DNA of 15,164 nt from positions 1 to 15,164 of the IMG/VR virus record IMGVR_UViG_2703718819_000014; one strand, 5' to 3'. Origin of the DNA: a virus (Duplodnaviria; Heunggongvirae; Uroviricota; Caudoviricetes). Made by a program: the position numbers and the translations under genes. This document shows positions 7,726 through 14,727 of the stretch, one piece after another (positions within the stretch are counted from its first letter, which is position 1; every line of letters starts with the position of its first letter). The notes beneath the pieces are model-generated. The model saw nothing but the letters and a program-made list of their open reading frames with translations, made no database searches and was not told the origin of the DNA.

Positions 7726-8277
7726 ATGACTACTCTCCCAACCCAATCTCACCCTGAAATCACGATTATCAATGGTCGCGTTGTCACCACATCTCTTGCA
7801 GTAGCTAATTACTTTACTAAACGGCATGAGCGGGTTTTAGATAGAATTAGAAACCTCGAATGTTCCGCTGAATTTACTGAACACAATTTTGTGTTAAGTG
7901 AATACACCGACGCATCAGGCCGCAAACTCCCTTGTTACCAAATCACCCGCGACGGTTTTGCATTTCTTGCTATGGGTTTCACGGGTAAACGTGCTGCCCG
8001 GTTCAAAGAAGCATACATCAATGCCTTTAACCAGATGGAGAGGTGCTTATCAGGAGTTGGTGCGGCTGATATGCCATCTGTCGCACAAAACGCCAGAGGC
8101 GTATACCTGCATTTGCGAGAAATCCACCAAATCTGGACAAGCCAGCTTTATCCCATGCTTAAGGCTGTTGAATCTCCGCTGGCTAGCAAACTGTACGACC
8201 GTGTAGGTGATGCTGTTTTTGGTGCTGCACTTGTTGATTCCAGACTGAACGGTTCTGACAAGGAGGCGCACCCATGA
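7726..8277 (+). CDS. Rha-family phage regulatory protein, paralog 2
   Basis: Internal ATG of track ORF 7252..8277; from MTTLPTQSHPEITIINGRVVTTSLAVANYFTKRHERVLDRIRNL ... YQITRDGFAFLAMGFTGKRAARFKEAYINAFNQME follows the Rha-domain pattern. The upstream 474 nt of the long ORF lacks coding signals. Confidence 0.7.
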   Translation: MTTLPTQSHPEITIINGRVVTTSLAVANYFTKRHERVLDRIRNLECSAEFTEHNFVLSEYTDASGRKLPCYQITRDGFAFLAMGFTGKRAARFKEAYINAFNQMERCLSGVGAADMPSVAQNARGVYLHLREIHQIWTSQLYPMLKAVESPLASKLYDRVGDAVFGAALVDSRLNGSDKEAHP

Positions 8278-8507
8278 TTCGCCGCGTCGTTAGTTCCCTG
8301 TATCACCGATACAACCACTGCCCCCGTGTGGGGCAGTGGTTCACCACCAGCAACGGTCACGTTCTGCGGGTTTGCCTGGTCAATACAGAAAGCCAGAAGG
8401 TTGTCTGCCAGGTTCAGGGATGTACTCATACCCTGAGTTATCCGCTGGTGGCGTTTCAGTCCGGAAAAATGTTTAAACGCCTGGGAGGTGGCTATGCGTC
8501 CGTCTGA
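8274..8507 (+). CDS. Small Cys-containing hypothetical protein (77 aa)
   Basis: AAGGAGG 7 nt upstream; ATG overlaps the stop of Rha paralog 2 (ATGA); four Cys at positions 16, 34, 45, 50; 3' end overlaps the replication-initiator start. Confidence 0.5.
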   Translation: MIRRVVSSLYHRYNHCPRVGQWFTTSNGHVLRVCLVNTESQKVVCQVQGCTHTLSYPLVAFQSGKMFKRLGGGYASV

Positions 8508-9387
8508 TCTTCTGCTCGATTTTGGACATCCGGTTGCTTATTACCCTGGGCTCGTTAAATACATGGGAAGTCCGCACGCTGTTATTTTCTTTGGTCAGAT
8601 TTTTTACTGGCAGGATAAAGCACATGCAGCGGAAGGCGTACATAAAACGCGTGAAGAGATACAACACGAAACAGGACTTACATTTGAACAACAGGCTGTA
8701 GCGCGTAAGCATCTTGTGTCCAGAGGCATTTTGGTTGAAACCAACAAGCGTCTTGAGCACAAAATGTTCTACCGTATAGATTGTGAGCGCCTTAATGAAA
8801 TTATCAATGAAAACAATCAGTTTTCCCGAAATGGGGAAACCCGTTTTCGGGAAACTGTAAAACCCAATTTCGCGGAGGAGGGAAAGCCTTCACCGCGGGC
8901 ACGGGAAACCCCTCGCCGCGGAGAAGGGAAAACCAATTTCGATCTTACAGAGAATACAACAGAGATTACTTCAGAGAATACTACAGAGAGTAAAAACACT
9001 ATTGGCGCATCCGCTGACGCGTCTGCACCAGCACGTTCTGCCCGACAGGAATATTCACCGGAATTTGAACAGGCCTGGCAGGAATATCCCAAACGTGCTG
9101 GTGGTAATTCCAAGTCAGCTGCTTTCAAAGCCTGGAAAGCCCGTATCAGGGAAGGTGTGACACCCGAAATCATGCTCAACGGTGTGAAACGCTATGCCGC
9201 CTGGGTGCGTGTCTCAGGAAATATCGGTACCCAGTTCGTGAAGCAGGCGTCGACGTTCTTTGGCCCCGATCGGCACTTTGACGAATTCTGGCAACAGCCA
9301 GCAGCCCCCGGAGGTGGGCGGGGCAAAAGCCTCCCAATCTCGGGATTCAGTGAACAGGATTACGGCTCAACGAACTTCAACTGGTGA
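8494..9387 (+). CDS. Replication initiator / replisome-organiser protein (lambda O / Rac YdaU-like)
   Basis: GGGAGG 5 nt upstream of ATG 8494; coding sequence contains iteron-like repeats; basic C-terminal segment EFEQAWQEYPKRAGGNSKSAAFKAWKARIREGV; immediately upstream of the DnaC-like and DnaB-like genes. Confidence 0.65.
   Translation: MRPSDLLLDFGHPVAYYPGLVKYMGSPHAVIFFGQIFYWQDKAHAAEGVHKTREEIQHETGLTFEQQAVARKHLVSRGILVETNKRLEHKMFYRIDCERLNEIINENNQFSRNGETRFRETVKPNFAEEGKPSPRARETPRRGEGKTNFDLTENTTEITSENTTESKNTIGASADASAPARSARQEYSPEFEQAWQEYPKRAGGNSKSAAFKAWKARIREGVTPEIMLNGVKRYAAWVRVSGNIGTQFVKQASTFFGPDRHFDEFWQQPAAPGGGRGKSLPISGFSEQDYGSTNFNW
8833..8992. repeat. ori-like iteron array inside the initiator gene
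   Basis: Five copies of GGGAAA(A)CC-type repeats at about 8833, 8848, 8880, 8903 and 8926, followed by four tandem ~12-bp ACAGAGA(A/T)TAC units (8947-8992). Matches the lambdoid layout of iterons plus an adjacent repetitive tract inside the O gene. Confidence 0.5.
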
Positions 9388-9406
9388 TTTTGTGGGGAGG
9401 GTGAAA

Positions 9407-10297
9407 ATGACTAATTTCCTGAACAAACAACACATGCAACACGACAAAGCGCAGTTACTTAACCGCAAGGCAGACTTGGAAGAGGAGCTGGCATTTGTCC
9501 GTGGCGGAAAGCGTCCGTGGCGCTGTGAGCATTGGGTGCAAAGCACTGAGACGGTGTCCTGCGGGAAACACGGAAAATACACGCGCTATGTGCTGACGGG
9601 CCCGGATGTAAGGGGGAAAGCTGTCAAACGGGTGTCCGGTTGCCTGTCCTGCCTCAGTGAGGAGCTGGACCGCGTGTATGACGAATTACGCGCCCTGAAG
9701 GTTCGTGAATTACTCGATCAGGCCGGTATTGCCCGCCGGTTCCAGGACTGTGAGTTTGAGAATTATCAGGCGGTGAATACTGACGCACAGAAAAACCTTG
9801 AAGCCTGTCAGCGCTATGCCGCTTCCTGGAAGAAATGTCTCGCTGCAGGCACCAGCATGGTCATGATTGGCAATTGTGGTACCGGGAAAAATCACCTGGC
9901 TGTATCAATGGCAAAAAATATTATTCGCCACCACCAGGCAACCATAGAAATCACGGATGTGATGCGGCTTACCCGTGCGGTGAAAAATACCTGGCGCCAC
10001 AACTCTGAGCGCACTGACGATGAAGTGATTAATCATTTTGCATCGCTGGATCTGCTTATCATCGATGAGGTTGGTGTGCAGTTCGGTACGCCTGCGGAGA
10101 TAACCATCCTGCAGGAAATCATAAATGCACGTTACGAAAGCGTTTTACCGACAATTTTGATCAGCAACCTGACGTTTGAACAGCTTAAGGAATCCATTGG
10201 TGAACGGATTGTGGATCGCGTTACTGATGGTGGGCGTAACTGCCTGGTGTTTGGTTGGGAAAGCTACCGTGCGCATATCAGAGGTGTGGCAGCATGA
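9407..10297 (+). CDS. DnaC/IstB-like AAA+ helicase loader with N-terminal Cys cluster
   Basis: GGAGG 6 nt upstream of ATG 9407; Walker A GNCGTGKNHLA, Walker B LLIIDEVG; N-terminal CEHW...SCGKHG...GCLSC zinc-finger-like cluster. Confidence 0.85.
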   Translation: MTNFLNKQHMQHDKAQLLNRKADLEEELAFVRGGKRPWRCEHWVQSTETVSCGKHGKYTRYVLTGPDVRGKAVKRVSGCLSCLSEELDRVYDELRALKVRELLDQAGIARRFQDCEFENYQAVNTDAQKNLEACQRYAASWKKCLAAGTSMVMIGNCGTGKNHLAVSMAKNIIRHHQATIEITDVMRLTRAVKNTWRHNSERTDDEVINHFASLDLLIIDEVGVQFGTPAEITILQEIINARYESVLPTILISNLTFEQLKESIGERIVDRVTDGGRNCLVFGWESYRAHIRGVAA

Positions 10298-11694
10298 CAA
10301 ACCCGACAAATCCGGCGTGGCGTAATGATGACCTGGAAGGAGCTGTCATTGGCGCGTTTTTTCTGCGAGGGGCTGATCCGGAAGTGATGGATATTCTGGC
10401 CACACTTCCGGCGGATGTCTTTTTCGTGCGTCAGTACAGGGATATTTACGCGGGAATTTGCAGACAGGCCCGTGTATCCGGCGTCATTGACCCCGTACTG
10501 CTGTGCAATGAGATGCCGGAACTTGCCCCGGTGATTACCGACACCGGACGCAAAACCTGGGTGAAGTCTTCACTGGAGCACTATGTTGCAGCGCTGCGGC
10601 GCAATGCCGCACTGCGCGATGCAGAAAAAACACTGACCGAAGCATTACAGAATTTACGTGATGCGCATACCTGTGAAGCAGCTGAGGATGCCCTGAAGGA
10701 TGCGCAGAACATGATGACCTCACTGTCGACCGGAAAGGGCGTCATTCAGCCGGTTCACATTGATGATGTTCTTCCGGAAGTGGTCGACCGTGTTGAATGC
10801 CGCAATCAGGGACTGGAGAAATCCAGGGCACTGATGACCGGTATTGATGAACTGGACGCAAAAACGGGCGGTATGGAGCCAGGCGACCTGGTATTCATTG
10901 CGGCCCGTCCTTCGATGGGGAAAACCGAACTTGCGCTGGATATCATCGACAAGGTGACTGAGCAGGGGCATGGCGTGCTTCTGTTCACCATGGAGATGGC
11001 GAACATCCAGATTGGTGAACGTATGGTGTCTGCTGCCGGTGGAATGCCGGTATCCCGTCTTAAGTCTGTTGCCCGTTTTGAAGATGAAGACTGGGCGCGT
11101 TTCTCGCAGGGCGTGGGACGAATGACGGGGCGTAATATCTGGATGGTGGACCAGGCAAACCTGACCATTGATGAGATATGTGCAACCACGAGGCACCACC
11201 GGATGAAACACCCGGAAACGGCGCTGGTGGTGGTCGATTACCTCGGCCTGATTAAAACCCGCAGCACGGGGCGTCACGACCTTGCTGTGGGGGAAATCTC
11301 AAAGGGACTTAAAAGCCTGGCAAAATCCGGCGGTTTTCCGCTGATTGCTCTGAGCCAGCTCTCCCGTGGCGTGGAATCCAGACCCAATAAACGCCCCATG
11401 AACTCGGACCTGAAAAACTCAGGGGAAATAGAGGCGGATGCAGACATCATTCTGATGCTTTACAGGGATGAGGTGTACAACCCGGAGACACAGGCGAGAG
11501 GCATAGCTGAAATCAACATCACGAAACAGCGTAATGGCACGCTGGGTACCATTTACCGGCGTTTTCATAACGGGCATTTTCTGCCTGTGGATCAGGAGAG
11601 TGCCCGGGTTCTTTCCACTCCCATGACGCCGGGCAATCCGCGCAGATACAGCAATAACCGCATGTCGGGTAGTAAAACGGAGCGTTTATTTTGA
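10294..11694 (+). CDS. DnaB-like replicative DNA helicase
   Basis: 466 aa; ATG overlaps the DnaC-like stop (ATGA); RecA-fold C-terminal domain with Walker A ARPSMGKTELAL and Walker B-like ALVVVDYLGL. Confidence 0.85.
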   Translation: MTNPTNPAWRNDDLEGAVIGAFFLRGADPEVMDILATLPADVFFVRQYRDIYAGICRQARVSGVIDPVLLCNEMPELAPVITDTGRKTWVKSSLEHYVAALRRNAALRDAEKTLTEALQNLRDAHTCEAAEDALKDAQNMMTSLSTGKGVIQPVHIDDVLPEVVDRVECRNQGLEKSRALMTGIDELDAKTGGMEPGDLVFIAARPSMGKTELALDIIDKVTEQGHGVLLFTMEMANIQIGERMVSAAGGMPVSRLKSVARFEDEDWARFSQGVGRMTGRNIWMVDQANLTIDEICATTRHHRMKHPETALVVVDYLGLIKTRSTGRHDLAVGEISKGLKSLAKSGGFPLIALSQLSRGVESRPNKRPMNSDLKNSGEIEADADIILMLYRDEVYNPETQARGIAEINITKQRNGTLGTIYRRFHNGHFLPVDQESARVLSTPMTPGNPRRYSNNRMSGSKTERLF

Positions 11695-11948
11695 ACAACA
11701 GAACAACCACTGTTTCACCGGAACAACTTCGTCGGCAGGCGCAGGAGATGCTTCGTTGTGCTGAACAGATGGAAAAAACGAGCGTGGCAAAAGATACGCT
11801 CCGCAAGCAGCTTACTCCGGCGCTTCGTGATCTGCTGCAGGCAAAACACCGCACACAAAAGGCGGTGGATGAGCTGGTGGATTGCGTGGCGGAACTGGAA
11901 GGCCAGGTAAGCCAGTTTGAAACGCTGGTGAAAGAGTTTACTGCGTGA
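11691..11948 (+). CDS. Hypothetical small coiled-coil protein (85 aa)
   Basis: ORF overlapping the helicase stop; first codon TTG; helical heptad-like composition. Start and reality uncertain. Confidence 0.4.
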   Translation: MNNRTTTVSPEQLRRQAQEMLRCAEQMEKTSVAKDTLRKQLTPALRDLLQAKHRTQKAVDELVDCVAELEGQVSQFETLVKEFTA

Positions 11949-11999
11949 TGGCTGAATTTTTTCTCCTGCGTTCATGCAATACCGTTCGCTGAGGTGACC

Positions 12000-12989
12000 G
12001 TGAGAGCACTGCTGACCCCTGAAATTGCCCCGCGTATGGGGATCGTCTTGTTCAGACCCGGTTCAGAGCTGATGCCCCTGTTTATGCAGGGGCGTGTCCT
12101 GCTGGAGCCTGAGCCGGAACGTTATTCATCTTTTGCCAGTGGTGCCGTTCCGGCAGCATCACAACCGCTGGCGGATGATCCTGCCGTTCGGGCCGTGTTC
12201 CGCCATGAGGCGGTGATCCGTCGTGCTGGTGGCGTGGAATGCCTTGAGAGCTGGTTACTTCGTGAAAAAGGCTGCCAGTGGCCTCATTCCGGATGGCACA
12301 GCGAGAACATGACCACAATGCGACACGCGCCGGGCGCAATCCGTCTGTGCTGGCACTGCGATAACCTGCTTCGCGATCAGTTCACGGAACGTCTGGAGTC
12401 AATGGCAACGGATAACTGTGCCCGCTGGGTGTTGTCCGTAGTCCGTCGTGATCTCGGTTTTGATGACAGTCACGTTGTGACAATGCCTGAACTGTGCTGG
12501 TGGCTGGTTCGTAATGACCTGGCGGATGCCTTACCGGAAAGTGCAGCCCGTAAGGCCCTGAGATTACCGAAGCCTGTTTTGCCGTCTGTCACCCGGGAGA
12601 GTGACCTTGTGCCTTCGGTTCCTGCCACCAGCATTATCCAGGATAAAGCGAAAAAGGTGCTGGCGCTGAAAGTGGATCCGGAGTCGCCGGAGTCTTTTAT
12701 GTTACGCCCCAAACGTCGTCGCTGGGTTAATGAAAAGTACACGCGCTGGGTTAAGACGCAGCCGTGTGCATGTTGTGGTAAGCCAGCCGACGATCCGCAT
12801 CACCTGATTGGTCATGGTCAGGGTGGAATGGGTACAAAAGCGCATGACCTTTTTGTGTTGCCTTTGTGCAGAAAACACCATGACGAACTGCATGCGGATA
12901 CCGTGGCATTTGAAGAGAAGTATGGTTCCCAACTGGAGCTGATATTTCGTTTTATCGATCGCGCGCTGGCGATTGGTGTGCTGTCCTGA
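12000..12989 (+). CDS. DUF968-like (Qin YdfU-type) protein with C-terminal Cys/His motif
   Basis: C-terminal CACCGKPADDPHHLIGHGQGGMGTKAHDLFVLPLCRKHHDELH resembles the DUF968 / HNH-like metal-binding pattern found beside Q in Qin-type prophages. Start uncertain: GTG at 11994 or 12000 (GAGG 5 nt upstream), or ATG at 12036. Confidence 0.6.
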   Translation: MRALLTPEIAPRMGIVLFRPGSELMPLFMQGRVLLEPEPERYSSFASGAVPAASQPLADDPAVRAVFRHEAVIRRAGGVECLESWLLREKGCQWPHSGWHSENMTTMRHAPGAIRLCWHCDNLLRDQFTERLESMATDNCARWVLSVVRRDLGFDDSHVVTMPELCWWLVRNDLADALPESAARKALRLPKPVLPSVTRESDLVPSVPATSIIQDKAKKVLALKVDPESPESFMLRPKRRRWVNEKYTRWVKTQPCACCGKPADDPHHLIGHGQGGMGTKAHDLFVLPLCRKHHDELHADTVAFEEKYGSQLELIFRFIDRALAIGVLS

Positions 12990-13006
12990 TTTTGTGGAGA
13001 AAGTTG

Positions 13007-13399
13007 ATGCGTGATATTCAGATGGTTCTCGAACGCTGGGGGGCATGGGCGGCAAGTGGTAACGCCGGGGTGGACTATTCTCCGATAGCTGCTGGATTTA
13101 AAGGCCTTTTACCATCCACCGCTAAACCTCGCCCGGCCTGCAGCGATGATGACGGCCTTATCATCGAAAACTGCCTTACGCGCCTGAAGAAGAAAAAACC
13201 GGACGAGTATTCGCTGCTGGTAGCTCATTATCTGCTGCGCATATCAAAAAGGCAGATTGCCAGAACAAGAAAGAAGAGCGAAAAGGCAATACGAATTGAG
13301 ATGCAGATTGCTGAAGGATTTATTGACGGATGTCTGTCGATGCTGGGTGTAAGGCTGGAGATGGACGACTGGCTGCCCAAAAAAGTAAAAAATGATTAG
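13007..13399 (+). CDS. Late-gene antiterminator, Q family (phage-82/P22 gp23 type)
   Basis: 130 aa; N-terminus MRDIQMVLERWGAWAA and ...AAGFKGL...C.DDD...RLKKK.PDEY.LL..YY match the Phage_antitermQ-type pattern; GGAG RBS. Coordinates taken from the ORF track. Confidence 0.75.
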   Translation: MRDIQMVLERWGAWAASGNAGVDYSPIAAGFKGLLPSTAKPRPACSDDDGLIIENCLTRLKKKKPDEYSLLVAHYLLRISKRQIARTRKKSEKAIRIEMQIAEGFIDGCLSMLGVRLEMDDWLPKKVKND

Positions 13400-13459
13400 C
13401 GCGGTCCGCAAAAAGTATGTCAGTATGTTAAGAGTGGTTACTACGCCACACAACTTAAA

Positions 13460-13481
13460 CCCGCCGCCTGGCGGGTTTTTT
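13460..13481 (+). terminator. Intrinsic terminator about 60 nt downstream of Q
   Basis: CCCGCC / GCCT / GGCGGG hairpin followed by TTTTTT; preceded by a CA-rich unstructured tract CGCCACACAACTTAAA. Confidence 0.7.
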
Positions 13482-13600
13482 ATGACTGAAATCGCATCAG
13501 TACAGTAAACGTGCTGGTGGTGAATACCTGTCTTTCAGCTTGCTGGCTTTTTAGACAAGAGTTATTGGTATGTCACGTTAACCGGAAAAGGGAAAAAGAC

Positions 13601-13798
13601 ATGCTAAAACAGCAGGATATGACAGAAACCGCCAGAGTGGTGTTTAATGAATTAAGCGTCACCTACCCGGCGACAGTCGGGGAGATTGCGCAGAATACTT
13701 ACCTTTCACGCGAACGCTGCCAGTTAATACTGACCCAGCTGGTTATGGCGGGTCTGGCAGACTATCAGTTCGGTTGTTACAGACGCCTTCCGCAGTGA
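13601..13798 (+). CDS. Small putative winged-helix DNA-binding protein (65 aa)
   Basis: Internal ATG of track ORF 13511..13798 with AGGGA upstream; size and pattern (VGEIAQNTYLSRERCQLILTQLVMAGL) resemble small PapI/FaeA-type regulators; followed directly by a terminator. Weak assignment. Confidence 0.45.
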   Translation: MLKQQDMTETARVVFNELSVTYPATVGEIAQNTYLSRERCQLILTQLVMAGLADYQFGCYRRLPQ

Positions 13799-13812
13799 AG
13801 GCTTTTTTATTT
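13785..13812 (+). terminator. Intrinsic terminator
   Basis: GCCTTC / CGCAGT / GAAGGC hairpin overlapping the stop of the small ORF, followed by TTTTTTATTT. Confidence 0.65.
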
Positions 13813-13922
13813 GTGGTAAATGGGCGGCTGGTGGGTGTGGTGGTTGTTGCTTTCCCGTTGCTGAAAAAGAAAGCATCAGGCGATTAGCAGGGTATCAGTT
13901 ACCCGTTGAAATTTTTAAATAC

Positions 13923-14152
13923 CTCACAATTCAGGCGGTTGACTGTTGTCTGGTTTGCGGGGAGTTTGTTAAAAGAAACTGGCATGGTGAATCCCCCTGT
14001 GCGGAGGGGCAATCAGCAACTGGTGTTTTGTCACCGACCCTTATCCTTTCTGTGCGGGTTCAGGTGCTGATACTGAACTCACCGGGAGGCACCCGGCACC
14101 ATGCAATGGCACATAGCGCCACTCTCCAGCCCCTCTCCGGAGGGGCTTTTCT
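13923..14152 (+). ncRNA. Candidate structured sRNA module, copy 1 (includes its terminator 14129-14152)
   Basis: Conserved blocks shared with copy 2 at identical spacing: CTCACAATTCAG, TTGACn (+16), TTTGTTAAAA (+42), GCATGGTGAATCCCCCTGnGCGGAGGGGC (+59), CTGAACTCACCGGGAGGCACCCGGCACCATG, then hairpin GCCCCTC/TCCG/GAGGGGC + TTTT. The 5' GCATGGTG can pair with 3' CACCATGC, closing a 123-nt domain. Confidence 0.4.
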
Positions 14153-14341
14153 GTGCCGGATACATCACAGTTTCTGGAACCTTGGGTACTACAGTATCAG
14201 TCAGGGTGCTATATTTTCAGATGTGATGAAAGCCTGTCAGCAGGCAGGGCGTATCGGAAATGACCCAGTAGAGAAAACGTTGACTCAGATACCGGTGCTG
14301 AGTTACCGGGAAACCGGCATCACATGACCGCTATCCTTCCA

Positions 14342-14368
14342 GGCCCATCCGCTCCGGTGGGCCTTTTT
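14342..14368 (+). terminator. Intrinsic terminator
   Basis: GGCCCA / 10-nt loop / TGGGCC hairpin followed by TTTTTA. Confidence 0.55.
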
Positions 14369-14405
14369 ACTGCAGAAAACAGGTTCCCCGTTAAATGCTA
14401 TGTTG

Positions 14406-14640
14406 CTCACAATTCAGTAAGTTGACAGTTGCCTGTCAGACTGGGCATTTGTTAAAAAAATTTCGCATGGTGAATCCCCCTGAGCGGAGGGGCGACTGGT
14501 GACGGTATAATCTCTGATTATCAAAACGAGAATGACGCGGGTTTAGTGGCACCGGGCTGAACTCACCGGGAGGCACCCGGCACCATGTGCATGATGATAC
14601 AGATACACGGCTTTAGCCCCTCTCCGGAGGGGCTTTCTTG
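14406..14640 (+). ncRNA. Candidate structured sRNA module, copy 2 (includes its terminator 14616-14640)
   Basis: Same block order and spacing as copy 1 (blocks at +16, +42, +59); closing helix GCATGGTG ... CACCATGT spans 124 nt (the one change gives a G-U pair); intervening sequence differs from copy 1; terminator hairpin GCCCCTC/TCCG/GAGGGGC followed by a weak U-tract (TTTCTT). Confidence 0.4.
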
Positions 14641-14645
14641 TGGGC

Positions 14646-14672
14646 AAAAAAAAAGCCCGAGTGGGTTCGGGC
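14646..14672 (-). terminator. Intrinsic terminator on the minus strand, back-to-back with the copy-2 terminator
   Basis: On the minus strand: GCCCGA / ACCCAC / TCGGGC hairpin followed by nine T (plus-strand A9 at 14646-14654). Confidence 0.6.
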
Positions 14673-14694
14673 AACAGCATGAGATATACATTTT

Positions 14695-14700
14695 TATAAT
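14695..14700 (+). promoter_or_regulatory. Candidate -10 element (TATAAT) of a late (PR'-like) promoter
   Basis: Perfect TATAAT with AT-rich upstream sequence and no clear -35; about 30 nt upstream of a strong terminator and 155 nt upstream of the esterase start. Confidence 0.35.
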
Positions 14701-14727
14701 CGAATGGATTTTAACCAGAATTCATAA

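Noticed and set aside
10720-11277. 185-aa and 127-aa minus-strand ORFs inside the DnaB-like helicase gene
   Set aside because: Antisense to a gene with clear Walker motifs; Arg/His-rich composition with no start-site signals.
12702-13055. 117-aa minus-strand ORF overlapping the DUF968-like and Q genes
   Set aside because: Antisense to two well-supported genes; TTG start, no RBS.
12957-13321. Apparent frameshifts when hand-translating the printed sequence near 12960 and 13320
   Set aside because: Two compensating 1-nt discrepancies between my reading and the supplied ORF track. I treat this as my transcription error rather than a pseudogene, and took coordinates from the track.
14028-14327. 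99-aa track ORF 14028..14327
   Set aside because: Its 5' two-thirds runs through the structured module and terminator of copy 1 and has no RBS; only the last 33 codons, preceded by an extended -10 element, are retained as a low-confidence micro-ORF.
13923-14640. CRISPR array
   Set aside because: Only two copies; repeat units are ~230 bp with internal variable regions, not short identical repeats with unique spacers.
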